Positions 10,763 through 21,288 of a stretch of DNA of 28,863 nt are shown here, piece by piece. The position numbers and the translations under genes were made by a program. Source of the DNA: Octopus sinensis (taxonomy: Eukaryota); assembly GCF_006345805.1 (NCBI RefSeq), contig NW_021834727.1:1-28863 (forward strand). The letters are read 5' to 3'. The notes below the pieces were generated by a model, which was not told the DNA's origin, did no database searches, and worked only from the letters and a program-made list of their open reading frames with translations. How positions within the stretch are numbered: position 1 is the first letter of the stretch; every line of letters starts with the position of its first letter.

Positions 10763-11254
10763 TCCTTGATACAATATGTCGAAAAATAGATGGAGTGGCC
10801 ATAACTGGAATACCTTTGATCAAACTTAAGCAGAGACTATACAACAACATACAGAATAGCTGGTTGCTGTGTTTTGTTTTTTTCCCCACCTGGCCCAGTT
10901 TTTTCTTAATTACTCCATCACCAGGTATCCTGTGGTTATCCAATGAATGCTGTCTGCTCAAAATGCCTTTTTTTTTTTTTAAAAAGATTTGTTTTTTTTT
11001 CATATCCAACTTCCGATGTGGGTAATGGTTGGGATTATTGGTTTTCACATTGTTGGCTTGGGTTTGATTCCTGGCATCAGAAAGTTAATTGAGTTTTATG
11101 GGTGTGGGTGTGGTTGAGTGATTAAGAAGTTGGTTCCCCAAGTATATGGTTTCTGTTTCAACCCCACTGTGTAGCACCTTGCACAACTGAATCTGGCAGA
11201 TAGAAACTCTGTGGAAGCGTATCATATATATATAGATATATGTGTATGTATGTC

Positions 11255-11423
11255 CAATTGTGTAGCTAGAGTGTGTGCCACCCAGGGCAGCCCTTCTATT
11301 TGCTACTCCCGGACCCCACAAGAAACACATATTACCTACAGCAAACCCAAAAGTGTGCTCCTTTAAAAGTGCCACTCGGGGCGAGCGGTTCCCCCACACC
11401 CCACCCCGAATGCTACGCTAGTG
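11255..11423. mobile_element. Probable old MITE inside the SINE
   Basis: Termini CAATTGTGTAGC / GCTACGCTAGTG (9 of 12 complementary); internal direct repeat GTGCCAC(C/T)C(A/G)GGGC. Confidence 0.4.
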
Positions 11424-11509
11424 TGTGTGTCTTTGTGTTTGTCCTCACTGCTGCTTGACAACAAGTGTTGGTTTACAGTCACAGTCCCAGGAATTTTTCA
11501 AAAAGAGGG

Positions 11510-11635
11510 CATAAGGTCAGAAAGGAATACAATTTCAGGAGAAAAAGGCGTAATAATATTATTTAGAAGGGCGCACTTCTAAATAATATTATTACGCCCT
11601 TTTCTCCTGAAATTGTATTCCTTTCTGACCTTATG
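11510..11635. repeat. 126-bp near-perfect palindrome
   Basis: 60-bp arms with one mismatch (A11546/C11599); centre G-GCGC-A. Confidence 0.97.
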
Positions 11636-11845
11636 TCCCAGTTTTATTTACATCCCCTTAATGGTTCGCCAAAATCGACTGATAGAATATGCATCAAATT
11701 AAAAAGAAAATATGTCCTGGGGTTAATTTATTTGATTAAATCCTTCAAGGTAGTGCTCCAGCATGGCTGCAATCCAATGACTGAAACAAGTAAAAGATAA
11801 ATGATAACTGGCATTTTACATTTATAATCCTTTCTATTTTGACAG

Positions 11846-11996
11846 AAAATACTCAAGAACAAGACATGAAAGAGAAGGAGGTGTTGGATAATTTCAGGAA
11901 AATTCTACCAGAGATTCCGAAGATTACCTTGATTTCTTACTTATAGAAGAATCACAGATCCTTTCAGACTATCTGAGTTTACTGGAACATGTCTAG
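11846..11996 (+). CDS. NUB1: NUB1-like terminal coding exon with a 1-nt frame break near 11892-11902
   Basis: Strong acceptor ctttctattttgacAG. The first frame reads ENTQEQDMKEKEVLDNF and the second reads QENSTRDSEDYLDFLLIEESQILSDYLSLLEHV*, matching remembered NUB1 DEDMETE...EEDYLDSTLEDEEIIIAEYLSYVE. Confidence 0.75.
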
Positions 11997-12384
11997 CAGA
12001 ACATCAAATGGAAAACTTGTTTGTTTGGAGATAAGACTTATTTGATACACAGGAAAGATAGAACAGGAAACTTAATTATTTGGTCATGTTTATTGCTACA
12101 ATCTTACGAGTTGTTGAAAGATCTTTTAATATTTCATCTTGAAAATTAAGCCGGCTGTCATGGCATGGACTTGTGTTAGATTTTCTAAACTTAAAATTGA
12201 ATTTTTCTAAAAATTAAATTTAAAAATTGTTTTGATTTAATGAATAGGTGTGATGTAAAGGTTTCAATATTCCAACAGAAATATTATGATAGAAGAATAT
12301 TCTCCTGAGGAAAACATTTGGAAGGAATTAGTTTTATGATTCTATAGGAAATATGTTAGTGAAATATTGATAACTAATTTTCTT

Positions 12385-12390
12385 AATAAA
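12385..12390 (+). promoter_or_regulatory. Candidate polyadenylation signal of NUB1 (another AATAAA at 12666-12671)
   Basis: First AATAAA after the stop codon, followed by a GT-rich stretch; no transcript support available. Confidence 0.35.
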
Positions 12391-12462
12391 TGGTTTATGG
12401 TTTTTCACAGTCATATATGCATATCGTGTGTGTGTGTGTGTATTATATATATATATATATAT

Positions 12463-12738
12463 AAGTAATTAGAAAATGGAGAAAACCATAGATTAAACAG
12501 CACATTGATTGGACCACATTCATAGCTTACTTATTAATACAAAGCTTGAATTAATTCGGATGTCCTATGAAGATGAAGAATCTTATTCTCACATTTATGT
12601 ATAGACTGCATTCTGGTAATCTGATTAGAAACAGCTGTAAGATTTGTTTTGTCGTGCTTTGTATTAATAAATAAGTTATAAATGTGGTCCAATTGATATG
12701 TTGTTTAATTTATGGTTTTCTCCATTTTCTAATTACTT
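12463..12738. mobile_element. Fold-back element E2 with 83-bp inverted termini and a 110-bp spacer
   Basis: 12463-12545 vs reverse complement of 12656-12738 gives 75/83 identical. The spacer has GAAACAGCTGTA at 12628-12639. Confidence 0.8.
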
Positions 12739-13655
12739 GCCTTGGTTCTTGATAAACTCTTGTTTATCCTGTTGTTATCTATACTCTATGTGTATGCTGT
12801 GCCTGCACACCATCGCCTGGGGATAATACAGATAACAGATACTGATAGTATATACGGATATTTTATCCCTTAGTAGGTTACTATAACCACTAACTCTGTT
12901 TATATATGTGTATATATATGTACATGCATGTGTTTTTATATGTATATATACACATATACATAATGTAAAAGTTCTTGTAAGTGTACAATGAAATACAGTA
13001 ACAATGATAGAAGAATAAGCCAGAAGTGATGGGAGTATATTTATATACCTTTATAAAATGTCTCGATTTTCCTAAGATGATGATAGCTTATCCTGTCGTT
13101 TTCTTCTTTTTTGTGTTGCTTTCACTTCTGGTTTATTTTTCTACTATTACCTATACACACATATTTATTTATTTTCACACACACACACACTTATATATAT
13201 ACACATTCATATATATATATATATCAGATAAAAAATAAAGTTGTAACAGTTCCTGCAGAAATCAAATGTTGCATCTCTTGTAAACCCTTCCAGCTGTGGT
13301 AACCACTGCACCAAAACAACATCAGAAGCCATGCTCACTGCCATCAACACGAAAAATACAGAGTTGATGGAATACATCAACACAAAAAGAAACGACACAC
13401 GCAGACATTTAAACAAGCAACCACCTGTACACAACACTACCAGAACACATTAAAATATTGCACATTACACCAACCCTGCTCCACACACTAGAATCCATTT
13501 ACCCCGATGCGGTTGGAAGATGCCAGAAGTACTCGTCTAAAATACTTTATAGTGATCTCCTTGAGGAAAAACCGAAGTAGGAGACAAAAACTTTCGAACG
13601 GTAAGAGACTCTCTGTTCCTATCGTTAGTGTTTACACAGACATATCATTAGGATT

Positions 13656-16600
13656 ATGATCAAGATTGTTTGTGTGAATGCGCGTGGCATGAGGTCCCCT
13701 TGGAAACAAAGGTACCTCTTAGTACCCTAGTAAAAAGGGCTTTGACAGGATCCATCATCAACAACAAATGGTGGTTTGCCCTCAAGAGAGCAGTAAAAGC
13801 GGAAGCGATTAAGTATAGCAAAGCACTAGCAATAGATAGAATCAGAGTAGAATGTAACCTAGTTAAGAAGCTAGAAGAGGCGATTAGAAGTGGATTCGCA
13901 TCTGACGTTTTGGTGGCGAGGTTGGCCCTCGACCAACACTTCAATGCTAAACACGAAGGGTGTGTTGTCAGGGCTAGCATGCGAGCCCTAAGGAACGAAG
14001 GTGTCGGAGCCGCGCGAGAGGCCCAGTTGGCGGAGGCACAACAGGGCAACAAAGCCACCATTCGATCTCTGGTAGATGAATAGGGGTGCGAATTAGTCGA
14101 GCCAAGTAAAATGTGTGAGGCCTTTCAACATCATTTTGCCCGACTGTTCGGAACGACTAGCGAGCGAGAACGCAGGGTGGACTTCAGTTCCTACTTTCAC
14201 AGCCTACCACGACTCCGACAAGAGAGGCAGAGTGCTGCGAAGGTGCCATCACGGCGACGAAAGTGTGGGACGCGAGGGCAGAATAGTCGAGGGACAAATA
14301 CCCTATGAGCTTAACAGTTGTATGCCAAACTTGTTTGGAAACGTCTTGGCAACAGTGTACTGCAGCTGGCAGCAAAACGGGAGCATCCCCGGTTTTGTGA
14401 GCCGAGGAGCCGTAACACTGCTGAAGAAAGGTCCAAACAAGGAGAACGTAATAGATAACATTCGGCCCATCACTATGCCCAATGCAGACTTGAAAATTTT
14501 GGCCAAGGCGTTAGCCAAGAGGTTGACGCTTGTCATCGAGAAACTGATCGTCAAGGCGCAAACGTGTGCCATGCCGGGGTGGAGCATCCATGACAACTTC
14601 CATCTGATGCGCTATGTCATAGACAGGGTACTTAGGAAACCTGGCATGAGTGAGGCCCTGATCAATTTGGATCAATCCAAAGCTTTCGATACTTGGAGGT
14701 CGTCCTCATAGCGGTATGTTTCGGTCACGTCTTCCGCGGCTGGATAGCTGCCTTGTACAGCTGCCATCGGTAATTCACGCGAATGGACATCTATCGAGAC
14801 CTTTCGACATAGCACGTTCGGTTCGTCAGGGATGCCTCTGCTCGTTGCTTCTGTACGTATTGACTCTCGAGCCACTACTACAAAAGGTGGCGACGCTGAG
14901 GGGCATCCCGCGAGAATTGAGATGCAGGATGAGCGTGTCCGCATACACGGACGACGTTACCATCATAGTGTCTAGCCAGGAGCACATCGAGCTGGTCGGC
15001 GATACACTGAAAGACTACGAAGCGGTAACAGGTCGAAAATCAACTGGGAAAAGTCAGTGGGCTTGCTGCTCGGCACCTGGAGAAGCAAGCCCATTCTATC
15101 CACCAGCGCCTCCATCGTGTGATGCTGGACCGACGGTCCGGTAGAGTTGCTCGGGGTCTGGTTTGGTCCGGACCTCCAAACGGAGAGGAACTGGAACGAG
15201 ATAGCGAGTAGGGTGGCCACTCTGGCTCGGCAATGGGCCGAGAGGAAGCTGTCCCTAAAATGTTGGGTGGAGGTAGCGAACACATACACCACATTCGTCA
15301 TCTAGTACCACCTGACCGTCATGTTTTGTCCCGACTCTATCATCACCAAACTCGAACGCATCCGTTTCCGCTACTTGTGGAAATAAAGCGTTCCGATGGT
15401 CAGGCGATCCGTTTGCTGCCAACACCCGTTGAAAGGAGGGCTGGGCATGCCGTGGTTGATGATGCACAGACACGCGCTACGACTGCGACATCTCCGGCTC
15501 TACGTAGACGACGGTGTGAACAGGTGTAGTCGCCGTTTGTGAGGCGCGCTTTCCCGCAGCTCGTCTCCATTGTTATGTAATCTTCACAACAAACATGAAC
15601 AATCAACGTTGCCCATTGTCTCCCTTGATACAAGGACATTCAGTAAGTTTCCCGCCACAAAAAATACCTTGTTCAACAACGGCAGTCTAATAAAGTGTAA
15701 CGAACGAGTGAATATCTTCTCTGGACCTTTTGGGGGTGCGAGAAGCAATCACTTTCCGTTGCTTTAATAATCCAGATTCTACCAGTCAGAAACAACAAGA
15801 CGCAGACGTAAAATATATATATCTACTTTATTCTCTTATGACAGTAACAGATAATTGGTATATCTGGGTATCCCTTTGGTATAGATGTGTCAGAGCTGAA
15901 CGTTATCGCTGTAGAATTTACAAAATTCAAATGCTAACGACACTGGTCAAAGATGGCGTCCGGAACAGGGAGATGATGTTGTCTGCAACAATTTGGTTAA
16001 AGCCTTCAGCCGACTGCTATCATAAAGGGACAGCGAGAAAATATACGTCCGTTGCCCTCGGTCGCTTTGTCTCAAGTCGATGACTGCTGCTGGACGCTAG
16101 TGGTCAACGTCCTACGATCCTCCTGCCTCGGCTAACTGCCACGTAGGCAAAAGGGTTCTACTTCCGGTGCTTCGCGCATGCGCGAGAGGGCCCTTCCTCT
16201 CTGCCTTGGTGAAGGCACCAACACCGCACGCGCGAAACAGAATATGGACGGTGCGCGCGCGCGCCGCTGTATAGCGTCACTACAAAAGTATCTCGTATCG
16301 TTAACATGTTTTTTCAGTCTCTCTCATTTTCTTAATCTTTCATACTAAGTACTCACTACTTCCTTTAATACTCAATACATTATATATATATAACAACAAC
16401 ATCCATGATCGAACTGCAGTCGTGGATCAAAAATAAACCGATGAAGGGCACATGGCACCGCGAGTATCAGGCTGCTCTCGAGCAACCATGCCGTCCCGGG
16501 TCGACCTTGAGTGACTGCAACACAACCAAAGCATTTTATAGGGTATTAGTGGAGGGTAGGTACGACAACGATCTCGGGGTGAAACTGGGCATCGACAAGG

Positions 16601-17521
16601 AATACCTGACCCGCCTGTTCAAGACGAGTTTCGGGCCGGGAGCTATGGACAACTACCAGAGATCCCTGGCCTGGCAGAGCTATCGAGAAGCACTACCCGT
16701 TCGGGATAAGCTCCACAGGCATGGCTCGAGAAACACGGGACGACCTGCCCGAGATGCAGTCAGAGCTATGAAACCGTTCTGCATGCACTCGTACAGTGTC
16801 CAACCATTTCCGACCAGTGGGCCTATATCGAACGATTGCTATCGCGTGTGGAACGAGTTAGTTTATCAACCGAGTCTATCATGAATATTGTCGCATCTCC
16901 CTCCTTGAAACGGGAAGGAAGAGCCTTTTACATTGTACTTGTGGCTATGGTGAAAGAATGTACATGGTGGACGCGTCTGAAAGATCTAGAGACCAACACT
17001 TTCCCCTCTGGTGAAACTCTCATCAACTTCTTGATGTATCACTTGAAGAAAAAGGTGTGAGTAGAGAGGGAAGTTTTGTCTAGTGAATGTTAAAAAAAAA
17101 AGATGGGTGAATATAGCAAGGATGGCACGTGTGAATGACGGAGCCACCTTGAGCATAATCCTACGAACCAGAAAAAGAAAGGAAAAACGAGGGTCACTTA
17201 CTGTAATATGTTTTTTGCATCACATTAATGCCCAAGGTTACCGTGGTCTTTTTTGTAGGTTTTTCTTTCCACGGATAAATCTAATCTGTTTTACCTTTTA
17301 CATTAATGACATTTCTGTGATACACGATCCCAATTGATTGGCTCTTTCTTTTTCCCACGATCCTTTTTTATTGAAATCCCCCACCTTTTTCCCACTTCTT
17401 TCCACCATCCCTTTTGATCGAAATTCTACCCCCACTATATTTTTCTTCTCTTCCCAAAAAGAAAAGCTCTACTTTGTATTTTGTCCCCTCTGTGTTCAGC
17501 CCTGTGAGGCCAATAAAGAAA
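13656..17521 (+). mobile_element. L1/Tx1-clade LINE, ORF2 pseudogene (endonuclease mostly deleted, RT, CCHC), 3' UTR with AATAAA at 17512
   Basis: Motifs MIKIVCVNARG, WWFALK, IRPIT..NADLKILAK, INLDQSKAFD, VRQGC, AYTDDVT, KGGLGMP and CPRC..ET..HA..QC; many stops and frameshifts. Confidence 0.9.
15571..16401. mobile_element. Solo LTR (831 bp) inserted in the L1/Tx1 ORF2
   Basis: TGTT...AACA termini and 5-bp target duplication TCCAT (15566-70, 16402-06). Removing the insert restores ...QLVSM-IELQSW. Confidence 0.85.
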
Positions 17522-18528
17522 CATACCTACCTATCTAATTGCAGCGACACATAGCATTCAAAGCCCTGATTGGTAATGAAAAAATTAGGCCACGATATAT
17601 TTGGTGGTTTTATCCCCGTCGTATTTCAGGTGCAGTCATATGATCACTTGATTCAAACGCTCTCCGATGTATGGAGACAATTGACAATTTTCGAAGTCCT
17701 TTCTTCACAATGAACATTGTTCTGCCCGTTGCTCTCGTACCGTCTGTTTTGCCAGGTCTTAGGACACCTCCATCTGCCCATCTCGCATTTATTTGTTTCC
17801 TATGACATTCTTTACAGAACCCTACACATTGCCGTTTACCTCCCTTATCTTTCTATTAAATGAAACATTTCGGTTGTTCTTGCCAAAGACCTGTATTTGT
17901 AGGTATGTATGGCAAAGTTTATTATCCGATTCATTGGCAGCTTATGGCCACTTGAGATTCTTAGCAGCATTTGGTCACTCGGATTCCGTTATCCCATCGT
18001 GGAGCGGTCAGATTAACTATTGCACATTTCCTCCCATTATTAAAGCTTTCAAGTGAAGTGACTCCGCTGGCTAAGCGGACATGCCATGATTGCTTCTCTA
18101 GTTTAGCTGGCTGTTAGCCCCTAGGGAATAGACTCCATGCTCAGTGAAATTATCATTCCATAGGATCAATAGTCTGGCACCTTTGTAATTTGGCTGGACA
18201 TGTGTGGGCAAAACCCAACTCCAGTGCTTCATAGTGGTGCAACAATGACTCAGAATATATACACACACATGCGTATTTGTATCTGGGCGTGTTCTTTTCA
18301 GTTATTTGACTAAAAGCTACCCTTTCACCTATTTTGCATGCATGAAAAGCCTATCCTTGATCGTTTTTTTTTAATGGTAAATTGAACAAAAAACCCACAC
18401 GTTTCTTGCATATTTTAACAATATCTACATCCTGTTTAAGACAGCTGGCAAAGTATATCAGTACAAGCTTTACATTTAGCAGTTGAATGAGTCGTCAAAA
18501 TATCTGCTTGGTATATCAACATTGACTT
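17342..18528 (+). repeat. Partner of the 7699-8876 inverted repeat
   Basis: See 7699-8876. A ~100-bp third copy lies at 19617-19722. Confidence 0.92.
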
Positions 18529-19149
18529 CTGTAAGGTAAAATGATAATTTTCTTTCCTTAAATCTTGTTTTATGTTGTGATTTCAAATTAACATTGGAAA
18601 GAGTGTTGATTTTAATGTTATAGATGCATACATGCGTACATATATGCATACATGCATGCAGTCATACATACACACATACACATACACACACACTCAGACA
18701 CACGCATATACATACTTGGTTTGGTTGTCCTTTGGTCCTTAAACCTAAACACCTCTGATGTATCTTGATTGTTTCTAGACGCAAGTACCTAGCTCTAACT
18801 ACACTTACCTTCACCTCTCAGCTCATCAATATACCACAAATGGAAAACAAATCCTTACTTTCTCAGAACCAAAGGAGGAGCCACAGAGGGTACTAGAAAT
18901 TAGTTAAATATAACCGTACATATCTGCCTTATCGGCCCTCCCACAAGGTTATTTATAGGGGTTTACACTCAATAAATTACTCAAAAGGTTACTGCACAAG
19001 TCAGCAGGTGTGGTTTATGCTGAGCCACTCCCATTCTCTCCTCCGTCAAACTTCTATTCGTTTGATATAACAGTGATACAAAGATAGTTTCATGCTCTTC
19101 GAAAACCTAAAATTCCCGAACCAAGCTACTTGATGTAGTTTAAAATTAT

Positions 19150-19384
19150 ACCCGGGGAACGACTGTTTTAACGAAGTCGCTTCTTGTGCCAACGTTCGAG
19201 GAAATGCGGAGTAGATAAAACAAGGGACAACTGATGAAGGGAATGTTCTTCATGTTGCCTGTCTCATTTCTCCATTTGTTTCTTTCGTTGTTCGAAAAAA
19301 TGTTTGTTTTCCAGGATTTTATTTTTTTATGTTTTCGTTTTTCATTTTGTTCACGTCTTTTTGACGTCCTGTACCCATATATGC

Positions 19385-19385
<1 letters not shown>
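19150..19385 (+). repeat. Interspersed repeat, related in inverted orientation to 20885-21120
   Basis: Shared GGGACA(A/G)CTGATGAAGGG, TTACGTTTTCGTTT-like and GTCCTGTAC blocks. Confidence 0.6.
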
Positions 19386-19473
<88 letters not shown>

Positions 19474-19807
19474 GGTATGAACATATATGTATGTATATAT
19501 ATATATATATAACTGTATAATAACATTTTATTCTCTGGTTTGAAGTGACAATTTATAAATACCAACAAATGACTGGAGAATGATGAACTAACCCCAGCTT
19601 GAATCGAAACCACAAATCGCATTTATTTGTTTCCTATGACATTCTTTACAGAACCCTACACATTGCCGTTTACCTCCCTTTTCTCTTCTATTAAATGAAA
19701 CATTCCTGTTGTTCTTGCCAAAAATCCGATTAGCCAAACACTCACCTATGAATTTCAGCCAAATTTAGTTAATATATACCGTGTAATACGTAATATATAT
19801 AACATTT

Positions 19808-19955
19808 TCTACGCTAGGCACAAGGCCCGAAATTGTTTTTTGGTGGGGGCAGTCAATTAGATCAACCCAATACGCAACAGGTATTTAATTTATCCTCCAA
19901 AAGGATGGAAGATAAAGTCGACCTCGGTGGATTTTGAAGTCAGAATGGTAAGACA
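19808..19955 (-). mobile_element. SINE fragment (second family)
   Basis: Minus strand reads TTCAAAATCCACCGAGGTCGACTTTATCTTCCATCC ... GGGCCTTGTGCCTAGCGTAG. Confidence 0.6.
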
Positions 19956-19989
19956 TACTACATATAATATTTGTAAAGAAACGCGGAAG

Positions 19990-20755
19990 GCTTTGTAAGT
20001 TACGGAGAGAAAGCTACAATGGAAGGCTCATAGTATACTGATAACCGTATAATAACAAACCGTAACAATATTTTATTCTCTCTTTAAGTATATATTAACT
20101 AAATTTGGCTGAAATTGATGGATGAGCATTTGGCCAATTGGATGTTAGCGTTGATGGCAATCTTTCGTCTCTAGTAGACCTTTCCGTCGATTTCCGTAAA
20201 GAAATATTTTTTTTACAGATGGGCTTGCGGGAACTTTTGAAGTAATGAGAGCGAAAGAGACTAAAAGAAAGCGATTGTATGACGAGGGAAGTTCTTTTGA
20301 AGTTACCGTGCATGGGAGCATTGATGTATATGTGTGTGTGTGTGCGTGTGTGTATGTGTGTTTGATGGGGTGTGGGAGACAGACAGTATGTTGTGTAAGT
20401 GAAGTGCTTCTGTTAGTGTGTGTGAAGAGACAGAGTAATGTGTGAAAGAAAGAGATAACTGAAATTTTTTACTCGGTGTATGTGTATATGTATGTATATT
20501 ACTTCAAAAGTTCCCGCAAGCCCATATGTAAAAAAAAATAATTTTTTACGGAAATCGATGGAAAGGCCTACTAGAGACGAAAGATCGCCGCGTTGATTTG
20601 TGGGTTTGATTGTTGTCGGGGTTAGCTCATCATTTTTCAGTCATTTGTTTGTATTTATAAATTGTCGCTTCAAACCAGGGAATAAAATATATATTATTAT
20701 AAGTTATTATACTATGAACCTTCCATAGTAGCTTTCTCTCAGTAACTTACAAAGC
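19990..20755 (-). mobile_element. Fold-back element E3 (inverted termini ~76-90 bp) carrying a nested MITE
   Basis: The outer 48 bp of 19990-20037 vs reverse complement of 20708-20755 differ at 3 sites. The body matches 19512-19772 in the opposite orientation. Confidence 0.7.
20156..20589. mobile_element. Merlin-like MITE (~91-bp TIRs, 8-bp TSD)
   Basis: TSD GCGTTGAT at 20148-55 and 20590-97. TIRs GGC(A/G)ATCTTTCGTCTCTAGTAG fit the Merlin GGNRM terminus; other 8-bp-TSD superfamilies are not excluded. Confidence 0.75.
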
Positions 20756-20761
20756 AGTATA

Positions 20762-20804
<43 letters not shown>

Positions 20805-21243
20805 GTGTAATAAATAAAATATATGCATACATACATACATATATGTACGTACCTACATCTACATGTATATATACATGCATATATAAATATATATACGTGA
20901 GTACAGGACACCACAAATAGACGTAGAACTCAACGAGAAACGAAAACGTAAAAACAAACGTGGAAACGGACCTAAACGAAAAAAACAGAGTACAAGACAA
21001 ACTACACAAGGAAAAGTCCCCTTCATCAGCTGTCCCCAGTTCAACTCCAGCGTGTTTCGAAGGTGATACGTTTAAATATTTGTTGGGCAAGATTTTTTAT
21101 GTGAAGTCGTGTGTTGAAACAGATGTTGTTTTATTTCGGAATGGTCATTTTGTCATTTAGCCAATAAAAACACACGCCCTATATATTTGGTGTTATTTTG
21201 CTTCAGTGTTATTTATTTTTTACATTAATCTTAATCTTATTTC

Positions 21244-21288
21244 GGCCAGAGTTCTTTCGTCACACTCCGGTGACCGCATCAGTGGTCC
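21244..21288 (-). ncRNA. Candidate minimal type I hammerhead ribozyme with atypical core, in the PLE 3' terminus
   Basis: GGACCA-CUGAUGCG-GUCAC[CGGAGU]GUGAC-GAAAG[AA]CUC-UGGCC. Confidence 0.55.

Larger units (their letters stand above)
11100..11800 (+). mobile_element. Degenerate SINE (same family as 326-734) with two nested insertions
   Basis: Head, GCTTGACAAC core and GTGCTCCAGCATGGCTGCAATCCAATGACTGAAACAAGTAAAAG tail are collinear with 326-734 once ~11255-11423 and ~11474-11647 are removed. Confidence 0.7.

Noticed and set aside
11881-11897. 17-nt GT...AG segment whose removal would restore the NUB1 frame
   Set aside because: Far too short for a spliceosomal intron, and it would delete residues that align with NUB1. 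A 1-nt indel fits the spacing better.
18716-19140. Possible second solo LTR (minus-strand CCCTATAAATAACC)
   Set aside because: No TG..CA termini with a matching TSD could be found.
19198-19245. Hammerhead from GAAA(T/C) ... CTGATGAAGG here and at 21025-21062 (-)
   Set aside because: The core halves are in type II order but stem I cannot be paired by eye; kept only as degenerate remnants.
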